In this document: piece by piece, positions 40,500-55,261 of the stretch
Layout: each line of letters starts with the position of its first letter
Numbering within the stretch: position 1 is the stretch's first letter
Source of the DNA: Eledone cirrhosa
Lineage: Eukaryota
NCBI GenBank assembly: GCA_964016885.1
Contig: OZ024743.1
Coordinates: 97,402,001-97,466,000, forward strand
Direction of reading: 5' to 3'
DNA length: 64,000 nt
Program-made: the position numbers and the translations under genes
The notes under the pieces: generated by a model
What the model was told of the DNA's origin: nothing
The model's database searches: none
The model's input: the letters and a program-made list of their open reading frames with translations, nothing else

Positions 40500-41099
40500 A
40501 GAGAGAGGCGGGGGAGAGAGAGAGAAGAGAGAGGCCTGGAAGCAGATTTAAACTAGTAACATCATTATTCAGTTTAGTACTCGATACTTGGTATAATAGA
40601 GTGTAAATATATTAGACAGTGTGGGCCAATTGGCTTAGCTCTTTCCGTTTCCAGAGCAAATGTGTTATTATTTTAAAGCTAAACCCTCTTAGTTACACTG
40701 CAATATATTGAAATACACGTAATATATTACATTTGGAGTATAATATTTGGTATAGAGCTATGAATTAGAACATATAACGACAAAGTAATAACCCATTTAT
40801 ATGGCTCCAATAATGTAATATGTTTATATATATGTGTGTATGTGTGTAAGTGTGTGTATATATATGTTTGTATGTATATAGATTCATACATACGTATGTG
40901 CCTGAATACATACGGGGATATGTGTTCATTTGTTTGAGCACGAACATTCAAATGAATTATACAGAGTCGGAGTTCACTTGACACAAATGAATAACAATAC
41001 TTTCACACATATTGTAAGTACGTATTACATTACGTTACATTCCATTGCAGAAAGTATTTATCTATGCCTCTGTCCTGTCTCTCTCCCGCTTTCTCTCTT

Positions 41100-41190
<91 letters not shown>

Positions 41191-41268
41191 CTAAATAACT
41201 ACAAACACTTCTATTATACAGGTGGATAAAATATTTTTACGTGGCTGATAAACGTACACATACGTGTG

Positions 41269-41406
<138 letters not shown>

Positions 41407-41638
41407 TGGCACCTCTTAGGGTATTAATTTAAATTTTGCCTTTTTTTTTATTACTATTGCGATTTCACAGTTCCATTCACACAAGTTATATCGGCTATAT
41501 TTTATGCAAGCTTTCACACATACAAACATACATACACGCTGCTATAAAATCAGGTGCACACACGGAGATACCTATATTATGTATATATGTCTATATATAT
41601 GTGTCTGTATATCTGTGTGTATGTCGCTCTCTCTCTCG

Positions 41639-41673
<35 letters not shown>

Positions 41674-41787
41674 CATACATATTAAAATCCGTATAAGTAT
41701 TAATTATCTTAAAGGTGTTGAGTTGCGTTCTTAATTCCCGATTACACAATGTTAATATGAAAATAAGTGGACAGAATTACTGATTAG

Positions 41788-41850
<63 letters not shown>

Positions 41851-42426
41851 GTATAATAAGGAAACTTCATATAATTAGGAAACTTCAATACTTATATATA
41901 TATATATAGTTTTATCTGTTTATCTGTATATAGTCTTCTGCCTTCGGTATCTCTTGCGATGTAGTGCAAATCATCTTAGCCATGGAAAACCTCTGTATGA
42001 TAAGTAGTAATATTATGTCTATTTAACTTATATGTGTCCTATTGCAATGTATATGTCCTATTTATAGTACGTTTGCATTCTTGGATCTTTGTTTCTACAT
42101 TTTAAATGTGTCTACATAATTGTATGTATCTGCAGATATTTTTATTTGTGATCATTAGGGCTCTTCGAAATGTTTCAATGTGTCTCAGTACCAATCATGA
42201 GAAGCAGACCTTCACCGAACCATTAGGTATACGGCTTGTTAGGAAGTTACACGTACAATATATTAATATCTAAACATATGTAAGACATTTCAGAAATTCA
42301 GAATGCAATACGTGCATATACACATACTCCTTTTCAGATGTGTTAATTCAACATGCATACGGAAACGATGTGCATTAATCACACACCTCTCAAGTGTTTT
42401 TTATCATCTTTGAAAAATATTTTACT

Positions 42427-42542
42427 TGAAATATATCAGGTCTCGCTAAATATTCCTGAAATATATCAGGTCTCGCTAAACAGAATTAAAGAATATTAGT
42501 AACATAACATATTTTTGTTACTAATATTCTTTAATTCTGTTT
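42427..42542. repeat. 24 bp direct repeat overlapping a ~65 bp hairpin
   Basis: TGAAATATATCAGGTCTCGCTAAA twice; AAACAGAATTAAAGAATATTAGTAACA..TGTTACTAATATTCTTTAATTCTGTTT. Confidence 0.8.
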
Positions 42543-43559
42543 GACTCTGGAGCACATATTTTTACTTTATGTCCTTTGGAGATATATCTAAAACATGCAA
42601 CATCCTGAGTACAATCGTTGTAATTTGAGGGCAATATATATAACTGTGCAAATAATGGAGCTAACAGGTCCAGTGACGTTTCAGGTTGTATAGCGTTGTA
42701 GCATCCAACATTCTAAATTTTTGATATTCTGTGGTTTCAAAGGAGCAGCGTTGTCGACCTGGCCAAATAATTAGATGGCTTCAGTTATGTTACAAATTAG
42801 ATATGTTACAAAACTATTCACCTGTTACGTTAAAGTAATTTTAGTAAACCCTAGAGGCTTAAATGGTGACACATGTTTGCCACTGTTTTCCTATTTCGTC
42901 TCAGTTATACAAATTTGCTGCATTTGAAATATATGCCATTAGTAGCTATATTATTAAGACAGTACTTTATTTGTTTTCCTAAACATCAATGCATATACTT
43001 TCAACTAATTTCAAACTGGCCATACAACTTTTAATTAACCTTTGTACGAATAATTAACATCAAGCAAATCATAAATGTTAACAACGATCTTGGTGAAGTG
43101 AGTCAGAAGCTGTTTACAGGTCACGAACAATTACAAATATTTTGCACATCGCTTTAGGTTATAAATTCATGAAAGAGGTCGGATATTTGTTAGAAATATT
43201 TCACTTTATATTAGAACTGATGTTGCTACCTGAGCCGTGTGTTTGCCCCAAGCACAAAATTAACCTTTTACAATCTACACGGCAGTTACAAACATTCATT
43301 CAAATATACATAGAAACCTATATGGGAAACTACTCTATATAATCATTGCGGAATGTTCTGGCGAATGCATGCAAACAGGAAAGATGATATCACTTCATTA
43401 ATTTTGTGGAAATAAATGAAATAAAAGGAACTAACTACAATTGTGGATATTAATCACGCCAGCTCTGTGTATTAGTTACTTCATTAAGATGTTTCTATGC
43501 TGAAACAGTTTAGGACAAATGAATCATTCGCAGTAACATCTATCATTTACTTTTCTTTA

Positions 43560-44122
43560 TAATAATAATAATAATAATGGTAATAATAATAATAATTATT
43601 ATTATTATTGTTTCTTCGTTGATTTTCTAACACTGTAGATGTATTACAGTGTTGGCTGTTTACTACCAGTGAACTGAGGTAACACCTCTTATTCTTCTAG
43701 TAATCGCCAGAGTATTCAAGCTGTTCCAAGCAATGCTGTGTTTAGTAATTATTGCAATCCCTATTTCTGTAATGTACTTTTGAAGATCTCTACTCATTGT
43801 TCCCAAGACTCCAACTATTATAGGTATTACCACCATCTTTTTCAGTGACCTCAACTGTTTAACATCTCAGGCTAACCTGTCATATATATCAATCTTTTTT
43901 ACTTCTTTATCACATACCTTTTGATCAGCTGTACAGGTTAAATGAATGATTCAACGCTGTTTACCTTCCTTCTCAATACAATATCTGGTCTCCTATGCTC
44001 AATTACATGGGCACACTGTATCCGAACGTTCCACAAGATCTTTGTAGCATTTTCAATAATGCCCTCAGGGTTATGTTCGTACCCTTTTTTTTGTTCTGTC
44101 AAATGCATATTTGCCACAAAGT
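43560..44122 (-). mobile_element. R4/Dong-like RLE-type LINE 3' fragment next to (TAA)n
   Basis: Minus-strand KILWNVRIQ..IEHRRPDIV and VVIPIIVGVLG; (TAA)n/(TTA)n at 43559-43609. Confidence 0.7.
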
Positions 44123-44214
44123 GACCAATGGACTATCCTTAAAATATTGAGAAAATGAATATAGAAAGGTAGAAGTAGTGGGAGATAAAAAGAAGTCTTA
44201 AGGAGGAACACGAC

Positions 44215-44700
44215 GAGCGCATGTTACTGGGCAAATAGGTGCAGTTTTTCAGAGGCACTTCGCTCAGCTGTTTGGAGGCACCGGTGGTGTGTATCGCAGG
44301 ATGGACTTTAGTACCTACCTCGACGGTCTGCTGCGGCTCTCGAACACTGAAGTGGAGAGTTGCAAAAAGCCGATAACAGCCGCTGAAGTACCTGAGGCAA
44401 TAACTGGCTGCATGATTGGTAAATCACCTGGTTTAGATGGTCTGTTCTACGAGCTTCACGTGTACGTTAGACCTTTTCGGTTCCCTCTTGGCAGACGTCT
44501 ACTGTAACTAACGAGAGGATTCTCTGCTCTGTGAGCCGAAGAACTTCTTCTGAGAAAGGCCCTGAGCAAAGAGGAAAACAGAGGTAATTTCAGGTCCATA
44601 ACTCTGCTGAAGGTAGAGTTCAAGATTTTGGCGACGAGGTTGGTGGAAGATTTTGGCCAAGGTGTTAGCGAGGTTGGTGGAAGTATATGCATGCTTTTGG
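44215..44700 (+). mobile_element. Tx1/L1-like LINE RT N-terminal fragment, decayed
   Basis: PITAAEV..AI..GKSPGLDGLFYE and NFRSITLLKVEFKILA. Confidence 0.75.
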
Positions 44701-46393
44701 AAATTGGTTTAGGAGCCCATGCATTTGCCAGAAGATTGCCATCCTTAATTGACTTACTGTCCAGAAGGTGTGATAGCTGGAAGGAGAGAGAGAGCTGTAC
44801 AATCACTGGACGTTCACTGTCTTTAGTGACCCCGAAAGGATAAATGGCAAAAATGGACGTTGGTGGGACTTGAACTCAGAACGAAGAGACCAGAGCTCTA
44901 ACCATTCTACCAAATAGGGCAACTTATATCGATCCATCTATACATAAATACATACAGACAGACATGTATATATGCATGTTATATGTATTGTGTGTGTATA
45001 TCCATGTGGTATGTAGTGAGTGCTTCATTGGCTCTTTTCAACTGCACAAAATCAGGGAGGTGACATTTTAAACATTTGAAATATATTTTTTGAAATCAGC
45101 TTTGATTCAGTAACCGTTATTTTCACGCAGATTATCCGATGAAAGTGTGAATATATCAAACTGTTTGTTAGAAATTGTCGGATATTATTTGCAATCATTC
45201 TATCTTATTTTTTTATGGATCTTGGTGACATAGGAATCAATAATAATAAATATTATATAAGTATGTATACGTACATACATATATTTATACAGACGTACAG
45301 TAGTATGTATATATATATATACATACATGCACACATATATATGTACGTATGGATTCACCGAACAGTTATTATAATGCTCGGTGTGTTTGTAAACAAACAT
45401 CCCGTATTAAGCCGTAGTGTCTAGCAATCAACGTTGCTCGTTTGTTCAACACTGACAAAGGAAGGCTGTATACGTATACATACTTATATTTAAGTAACAG
45501 CGGTACTAAGAGTGGGAAATGAAATTTCGTTTCATTTTTTCCGTTTATAATAAATATTATTACACATTTGATGATGAAAGAAATGTTCTAAAATTGTTAT
45601 ACCTACAAATACATGTTTCTTTATATTTTTAAATGAATTCTAACTAAACGATAAATCTTTCATTCAGTTCCATAACATATGATGATATGGAACTGAAATC
45701 TAAGATGGAAATCAGATTTCAAATTGACTTTTAGCTCATAAAGTCGGCGTCTGACTAATTTGGTCACAATGTAGTTTAATATTTCTTCGACAGATATATG
45801 AAGTGGAATGGAAAAAAGATTATGGTAATTTTTTCCTTTTAGATTAATTACAATTTAGTAAATGAAGCTAGCTTTATGTACACGATATCACGAGCGAAGG
45901 CACGTGGCCTACTAATTTGGAAGTTGATTGTATAGTCGTGAGTTCTGTTTCCAACAGCACGTTCCCTACTTGAGCAAAAAATATATTTCACGTTACACCA
46001 CATGTACTTCAACACTGCACCATACGTAATCTCCATGAGAACTACATTAAAGAGACATGATGTCTGAGGAACGCTGAGTCACTTACATGTGAATTTCACG
46101 AGCAGGTTGGTCGTTATAACTGAAATACTCGTTAGATCAGAGAGAGATTCAACAACAATACATTAAGAAGAGAAAATATCTCGGTGATTGATCAGTTCTG
46201 CCTTTTAAGTAGTCACGCATATATCGAGCTTCTTTGTTTTTCATATCTTTACAGTCGCTGCATGTATGTACTTGATATAAGAGGGAGTTTAGAGAATGAA
46301 TGAATTATCTATCTAGATACTTCTCTATCTTTCTGTCTCCCCCACTTTTAATACTTACACACACCAACACAATAGTATACGCAAACGCACACG

Positions 46394-46538
<145 letters not shown>

Positions 46539-46578
46539 GTATGTATATAACTATATGTATATATACAGAGAGTGGGAG

Positions 46579-46632
<54 letters not shown>

Positions 46633-47897
46633 AGAGTGGGTGATAGATCAATTAGAAAGGAAATCAGAAGGTAATATGCTGAAGCAGTTCAATATATCGC
46701 TGTATCAATCTAGAACTGTATATTTGATTTCACTCCGAAAAGTTTAAATGAAAAATATATCTTCATACCAAAAGAAAACATTAGTAGTTCTGTTTTATTT
46801 TCATTTTTTAAATCACCGCAAAAGACCTAGTCACGTCCTGAAATATTTGCTTCACATCTGTGAATCCTTTAAAAGTATTTAAAAACTACGTAACAAGTTG
46901 TATAGATATATAATCAACGCTACTCTATTAGATACTGGTTAAAAACCAGTCAGGTGTTTATTTTATCTCTGAGAACAAGATTAGATAATGATCCGGTTAA
47001 CATATACTTCGGTTATAGTGAGAGGTTACAAAGAACAACATTTGGAAAAGTAAAAAGTTACACATGCATCATAATCTCCAATTCTGATTACATATATGAA
47101 CATCTATTACCACTGAGAATTGACAATCATTCTGTAATTGTCTTCAGGATACATTTTCAGCAGTCTGTTTATCAGACGCGAATCGTAATTTCTTTTTGCC
47201 ACCATCTTGGCTAATTCGAAACATATATGTCTGTAGATGGTACGTGATTATATAGATACTATTTCAACAATCAGACCACAGACAAATTAATTAACGCTAA
47301 GAGAGCAGGATAAATTTTACTATTGTTCCAGAAAATCTTGTCGTTGGTGTCGTTGAAGAGGAAGGATATTAGGTTTCAGTGATCCTTGGTACATTAGCTA
47401 ATGATTTATTTTGTGTGAAATATAATTCTCAAATTCGGCCTCTAATGTGCTTGATTATTAAAGCTGTTTTAACATTTGCGAACGCGAAGAACACTTGATT
47501 AATTAAAGTGTTGGTGAAAGTGGGGAGTTTGGGAGTACCTGATTGTATAAAGATTCGAAGCCGACCTCAATCCAGGTAAGCCATACTGTAAAGTCGTAGG
47601 ACATGGACATTTACGAGCCTTTAGTCTTTAAGTAGAAGTTAAATTGAGACTGCTATAGGTCGGAGGATATGACTCACAACATCTGCTCTGATGCTCTAAC
47701 ATTTCCACCATTTCCATTCTGAAAACAAACTTAATATATTGAAAAAAGAACAAACCATAAGACCTATAATATTAACAATCCATAACATCACAAACAATAC
47801 AAAAGATCGTGGATTTTAAATGATAGTAACATACATTCTTCAAATGAAATTGAAGAATATACGTTATTATTGTTTACAAATTACATATTACTATGTA

Positions 47898-48006
<109 letters not shown>

Positions 48007-48656
48007 TATAAGAATGTATTGTATGAACATTTGTATATATGCACCCACACACATATATTTGTGAGTGAGAACTTGTGCATGTGTCTAAATGTGCATATAA
48101 ATCAATACAAACTACAAATTATGCATTGAGCGAAAGTTGAAGTTTCATGACTCAATAGACAATCTTCAGATCCATTGATTAAACAGCAAAGATTTTAGAA
48201 AGTGAGGAATTGAGGAATTTTCTCCGTTTCCGCTTCTGTTGCCATGAGTTTCTCTTTGAAAACAGAAATGATTTAATACCCCTTAGCTCTACATTTGAAT
48301 CTCAAAAAAAACGATATTCGATAAAATGACAAATATATATATAGATATATAATAGAGTCTTCTAAACGGAAATGACGTGAAATAAAAAATGAAACAAAAA
48401 GTATTAGTCAGGTAATATTTGTATTATGGGTGACGTAATACATGTTTCTTGATGTCACCACGTTTCCTGAAAAACTCTGACCAAATATTCAAATAGATAC
48501 CGTGTGTAGATGTTGAAATATAATGCATTTATTTACTGAACATATTTCGCATCTTATATTTTCATTGTTGTAAGTCTAACCTCGATGTTATTTACAAGAA
48601 CTACATATGCCCAACCAGAGAAAGGCTGGAATGAAGATACAACAATCACATTTCAG

Positions 48657-49088
48657 TGGATTGGCAGTATTAGTAGAGGGTCAGATACCATGCTTTCCAG
48701 TATAGTGCTACGTCCCTTTATGGTCTGATTTCAAATCCCATCGAGGTTGACTTTGCCTGTCATCCTTACGAGGTCGATAAAATAAAACACCAGTAATGTA
48801 CTGGGGTAACTGCTGGCCTTGTGCCAAAAGTAGAAAAAATTATTATGTACATTGATGGCATACATTTAGGGCGGGGGACTGCAGAATCGTTAGAGTGTCG
48901 GGGGAAATGCTGTGCGGCATTTATTCCGGTTCTTTACACTGTGAGTTCAAATCCAGCCAAGGTCTACTCTCCATTTCATCATTTCAGGGTCGGTAAATTA
49001 AAGTACCAGTAATGCACTGATTTCGATTTAATCGACTTCCTCTCACCCAAAATTTTTAGCCTTGTACCTACATCAGAAACCATTATTA
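48657..49088 (+). mobile_element. Two head-to-tail tRNA-derived SINEs with a Nin/Deu-like TCATCC..GTCGATAAA domain
   Basis: GGCAG..T.GTAGAG head, TTCAAATCC B box, AAAGTACCAG..GGCCTTGTGCC tail. Confidence 0.75.
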
Positions 49089-49354
49089 TGGACGTTGAGA
49101 ACAGCTCTGTGGCAACTAAATGGAATCGGTTCCAATTATATCAACAAAGAAAATATGATCAAAGACTTACAACAATTGATACTCAATATATGATCTTCAC
49201 GTGGCGGAGAAAAACCCATTTTGAAAATTTAGAAAAAAGCCGTAGTTTGAAATTTAGTGGAAATGTAAATAAATCGAGAAAAGAATATGATGTAAGAGGC
49301 CTTCGCCGACTTTAAGCGAGTTATCATACCTCCATTCAACTGATGATGGTAGAC

Positions 49355-49410
<56 letters not shown>

Positions 49411-49472
49411 ATGTAATATGTGGATATCGAGCGACAAGTTTGTCTGTCAGTCTATCTGTATCTCTCCCTCAT

Positions 49473-49560
<88 letters not shown>

Positions 49561-49662
49561 GAAGCCGTTTCTATATTAAATATTATATATATATATATAC
49601 CCAGCTATGTATTGAGTACCTTACTTACTGTAGTTACCCCCGATTGAATCCGGTATAAACCC

Positions 49663-50051
<389 letters not shown>

Positions 50052-50054
<3 letters not shown>

Positions 50055-50513
50055 GATATTAAATAAATGGAAACTATATTTATAAAACCATATTTATTCT
50101 ATTATATATATTTCAAGGGTTCCAAAAACTTTGGTACGCTTTCATCAGATAAAATACAAAGTATGTTTTATAAATTTTGACATAGCCAAGGAAATATACC
50201 TTATCAGTTGAATTTATATCTTATCAGTTGAATTTCCTTTGGAACTATCCAAGGGAAATTTAACTGATAAGTTATGTTTCCTTGAATATGTCACAATTTA
50301 TAAAACATACTTTGTATTTTATCTGATGAAAGCGTACGAAAGTTTTTGGTACCCTTGAAATATATGGTACCCTTGAAATATATATACTAGAATAAATATA
50401 GTTTTATAAATATAGTTTCCCTGTATTTAATATCATTGAATATTTACCCCAGAAACTTGTCGAGTGCTCTGAATCATTTATATTATAGTGCTATAAACAT
50501 TTATATTTGTTGA
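50052..50513. mobile_element. Family C fold-back element with a hammerhead in each arm
   Basis: Minus 50095-50156: TATTTTAT-CTGATGA-AAG..CTT-GAAA-TATATA-TA-ATAGAATA; plus core at 50323-50329 with a local 18 bp duplication. Confidence 0.8.
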
Positions 50514-50958
50514 ATATATATATATATATATATTTATTAAAATAACAGATTAAAGTTTAAGCAAAGAATCGGTGCTTTCATCCTTAACGGGATCTTCCTT
50601 ATCCTTATCGAGCCCTCTTTGGATTTAGTCTTCAAATTTATTATTATTACTATATATATATATGTGTATATATATATGAATATTTGTGTGTGTGCGTGTG
50701 TATGATTATAAGTTGTTACTTTCATAGTATTTTTCTTCTTCGGATTTATATAATTCTGAACATTGTTCGTGTTTCCTGTAGTTAATTTAACACATTTTTC
50801 TGTTATATATAGTAGGGAAGGGAATTACCACAGTTTTATACGCAATGATTTAGCCGACAAATGAAGAGAAAATTACATGATCGTCATTTCATAAATCTTT
50901 TCTTAAATGACACAAGGGGACGGAACAATTTCTGTATATATGCACACACACACACACA

Positions 50959-51018
<60 letters not shown>

Positions 51019-51049
51019 CATACACACATATATATATATATATATATAT

Positions 51050-51241
51050 AACGAAGGAAATGTGGTAAGGAACCAGGTGGACCATAACGCACCAAAGTAC
51101 TCAATACTTGAGGTAGTAGAGTGGGTAATAGGAACCAGTAAGACCCCGACAGCTGAGCTCAAGCCGCTTCGACGGCTAATTTAGTCCAGAATTAGCCGTC
51201 GAAACGGCTTGAGCTCAGCTGTCGGGGTCTTACTGGTTCCT
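51050..51241. mobile_element. Family B fold-back element
   Basis: Arms join at ~51183; the left arm has the long tail. Confidence 0.85.
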
Positions 51242-51356
51242 ATATATATATATATATATATATATTATACATAAATATACTGGCATCCGACAACATATAT
51301 ATATATGTTAAAACAAAAAACAAAAACAATAACGAAGAGTGCAATATAAAGTGTTA

Positions 51357-51390
<34 letters not shown>

Positions 51391-51394
<4 letters not shown>

Positions 51395-52082
51395 ATAATA
51401 ATAAATTTGAAGACTAAAATCCAAAGAGGGCTCGATAAGGATAAATATATATCAAATATATAAGAACCGTAGAACAAATATTTATTAAAATAACAGATTA
51501 AAGTTTAAGCAAAGAATCGCTGCTTTCACCCTTAACGGGATCTTCTGATACTAACAAAGTCAATCTGTAAACGCAGAAGTGGATATTTCAAAAAACGTTG
51601 CAGCCGGAGGAAGACAGAAAAGACGATACTTTGGTTCGTTCATTCGGTCTCCTAGTTAGAATTTTAGTCTACGACTCCAGCTATACTATTTGCGTGGTTT
51701 TGTCTTTGCTTACAATTGTTCTCCCCGCTCCACATATGACTTATTATCTTCGTTTTTTTCGTTCATTGCCAGAAAACGTCTCTATGAACCACCTAAGAGA
51801 ACATTAGTCTACGACCTCTTTTATACCATAAACGTGGTTCTGTCTTTGCGCGTAATTATTTTTCACCGCACCAAATAATAAGGTATTATATTCGTTTTTT
51901 CCCTTCTTTGCCAGGGAACCTTACCGCGAACCAAAGTATCGTCTTCCTGTCTTCCTCCGGTTGCAACGTTTTTTGAAATATCCACTTCTGCGTTTACAGA
52001 TTGAATTTATTAGTTTCAGAAGATCCCGTTAAGGGTGAAAGCACCGATTCTTTGCTTACACTTTAATCTGTTATTTTAATAT
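51391..52082. mobile_element. Largest family D fold-back, with internal ~140 bp tandem repeats and a CAGAAGA motif in each arm
   Basis: 51484-51640 is inverted relative to 51927-52082; TTAGTCTACGAC-starting repeats at ~51664 and ~51804; plus-strand motif at 52012-52062. Confidence 0.8.
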
Positions 52083-52088
52083 ATATAT

Positions 52089-53509
52089 TTTTCGACGGAC
52101 CAACTCCTAAACAAGAAAGATGAACTGGTTACTGCATGTAAACACCGATTACGTAGGACTTACCTCGCCCTCAAACCCCATAATGACCCGGGGGGTAGAC
52201 TAGGGCTATAACACCCCACTTGACTATTTTGTAATGGGTAACCCCTGCTTGCCTATGGAGACGTAAGATCTTCTTTTACATTCTTTTATCGCTTCCTCTA
52301 TATTTCCTCCTTCCCCCCATCCCTCCCTAGTCCTTCTACCCCAGTTCCCTTTCTTTGTCGTCGTCTTTTTCTCGCCCACCCGAGGTAGCCCATCGATCCC
52401 TTGTAGCTTCAGCACCCCCACCCCCTCCCCTATTCTATGATAGATTTGGCTGACTCCGCTTTTTATAGAAGAGGTGTTAGACTTCGGATACTCGCCCCCT
52501 TCTCCGACCGCTGTCCCTTTTTTCCGTGCCTTCTATATTTCTTAGTGGCTTCTTTGCTTTAATTTCTCGTTTATCCAGTATCTCTTTTTTCTTTTTCCCT
52601 TTTTTTTTGGGGGGGGGGGGAGGGTGTTCCTGTATTAATTTTCCGTTCTTTACTTTTACTCCGTACGATCTTTCATGTAGCTTGTATAAGACTTTTTGTT
52701 TCGTGGCGGTACCCTTAGAGTTAGCACTAGTATTTTTTTGCGGGACCCTGAATTATATTCTCGTACTAGTTTACTTTCTTGCACTGGGTGGTTGCTGGCC
52801 CTGTGTTTGGGGTAGAAACCTTTCTAATTTTCGTGGTAGTCTCTTTAGTATTCTGGCCCCCCCCCCCCCCCCTTTGTTGACCCGTCACCGTACGATACAC
52901 GCACTTATACCTCGTATAAGGGTCCCTTTATTTCCGTCCCACCTAGTTTATTTCTATTATTATTATTTATGTTTTTATTTTACATTATATATATATATAA
53001 TTTTTTTTTAAATTTATTTATCTATTCTTTTATTCACTTATTTGTTTATTTATTTATTTATGTATTTCTTTAGCCTAGCAATAGCGATTGACTTAAGTCT
53101 TAGTAACCAGATTTTGCTTTTTTTTTTTCTCTCTCTCTCAGTACCTTTTACAGTTTTACCTTTCATTGTTCTACTTACCGTTTCGACCTCCTCCCCCTCC
53201 CCCTCCCCAGTATCCTCTTTGACCTCACACCCAGCTGTAGCTGGCACTATCAACGCATGAATGGGTCTACTCCACCCCCTCTCCCATTTTCTCCTACCGG
53301 CAGGTTTAGCTACCCCTTCCCCCACCAACTTGCCATCACAGATTTACTACTAACTTGTGATGTGACCAATCCTGGTGATTATCTCTTTGACCATATATGG
53401 AATTACCCCTTGATAAGTTCGGCTATTTAAATACCAGAATTAATTTTTCATTCAGTACAGAATTAGCCGTCGAAACGGCTTGAGCTCAGCCGTCGGGGTC
53501 TTACTTGTT

Positions 53510-53512
<3 letters not shown>
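52089..53512 (+). mobile_element. 3' end of a probable Hydra-type PLE: ORF C-terminus, ~1.2 kb UTR and hammerhead; parent of family B
   Basis: 52092-52211 reads STDQLLNKKDELVTACKHRLRR..*, resembling the LLNK.SEL...CRH terminus of Hydra-clade PLE proteins; ends in family B sequence; TA-flanked. Confidence 0.65.
53405..53499 (+). ncRNA. Complete type-I hammerhead with compensatory U3-A8 core
   Basis: ACCCC-TTGATAA-G TT CGGCTA..TAGCCG TC-GAAA-CGGCT TGAGCTC AGCCG-TC-GGGGT. Confidence 0.85.
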
Positions 53513-53569
<57 letters not shown>

Positions 53570-53842
53570 TATATATGTACATGTATATATATGCATATAT
53601 GTATATATATAAGCATATATATATATATACATATATATACGTATATACATTTAGAACCAAATGCAAAACATTACTGTAACTACATTCTATGTTAATGAAA
53701 ATACCACTACAGCCGGAAATATCTGGCTGTTTGCGTGTGTGTGTGTATGTGTGTATGTGTGTTTCTGTCTGGCTGTGTATGTGTGTATGTGTATGTTTGT
53801 ATGTGCGTATGAGTGTGAGTGTTTGTGTTTCATTATGTGTGA

Positions 53843-54221
53843 ATTGGCAGTATCGGTAGAGGGTTGGACGCCATGCTTTCTAGCATAGTTACGTCCCTTT
53901 ACAGTCTGAGTTCAAATCCCGCCGAGGTTAACTTTGCCTTTCATCCTTACGGGGTCGATAAAATAAAGTACCAGTAATGTACTGGATAATTGCTGGCCTT
54001 GTGCCTAAAGTAGAAACAATTATGTGTCAAGGGCGCTGGATTGGCAGTATCGGTAGAGGGTCGGACGCCATGCTTTCCACCATAGTTACGTCCCTTTGCG
54101 GTCTGAGTTCAAACCCCACCGAGGTTAACTTTGCCTTTCATCCTTACGGGGTCGATAAAATAAAGTACCAGTAATGTACTGGGTTTTTGCTGGCCTTGTG
54201 GCAAAAGTAGAAACAATTATG
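53843..54221 (+). mobile_element. Two tandem tRNA-derived SINEs
   Basis: 53843-54022 and 54040-54221 are near-identical ATTGGCAGTATCGGTAGAGGG..GAGTTCAAA.CCC..AAAGTAGAAACAATTAT units. Confidence 0.85.
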
Positions 54222-54376
54222 TGTCAATCCTATAACACTTCGCCATAATATGTACCCATATCTAAATAAATGTATTCCCTCCTGGATGAAACTATGCTAC
54301 TGCTGATAACATTCCCAGAAGATCAACCAATGTTTTATTTCGAATAGTTGAACTATGCCATGAACAACTTTATAAG

Positions 54377-54459
54377 TATTGGGTTGTAACATACATTCCC
54401 GCCGTTTTGTTATTAAGAAGTCTTATAACAACGGCGGGAATCTATGTTACAACCCAATA
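54377..54459. mobile_element. Tiny mariner-like MITE (hairpin)
   Basis: TA|TTGGGTTGTAACATACATTCCCGCCGTT ... AACGGCGGGAATCTATGTTACAACCCAA|TA. Confidence 0.7.
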
Positions 54460-54795
54460 TTATAAAATATTCTATATCTGCTTATTTTTAGTTTAGATAT
54501 GAAAAAATGTAAAGTTGGCAGTTAAAAGAAAGGTCATATTTTCTAGTGATTAACTTTTTTCTTTTATTTCTTAATAAAGTTTCTATTAGTCCAGTCACTT
54601 TTTCGGTGTGAATGTAAACGATTGATTTATCATCATCTGGAATAGTTGCCAAAATATGTTCATTATATATTCTAGAGAAATCTTGCTATGCGATAACCCA
54701 TTTCTAATTATCGTCGTTTACAGAAGAAAGGTTAATATGTATTAATATATATATTAATATATATATTAATATATATATTAATATATATATATATA

Positions 54796-54857
<62 letters not shown>

Positions 54858-55195
54858 ATCTCATCACGAACTTGTCTGTCGCGATTAAGAGTTTAATACG
54901 TTCCAGTTACTTTCTATAACGGATGCCTATATATGTTTGACACCAGCCAGTTAAAACATTAGCAATGAGTGGAAATTTTACTACCGGTGTTTCAATGTAT
55001 CAAAGCTTGTTTTATCAATGACAGATAATAACATAAAGCCGTAGTTGTATATGAGATGAATAGTACAGATATTCGAAAGTAAAAGAAACCTCATAACAGT
55101 TTTGTTTTTACTTACCACAGAATGATATATTAACATTTGACTTTAGTATAGTTTTATTTATGTACATACACAAACATACACATACACACACACAG

Positions 55196-55260
<65 letters not shown>

Positions 55261-55261
<1 letters not shown>

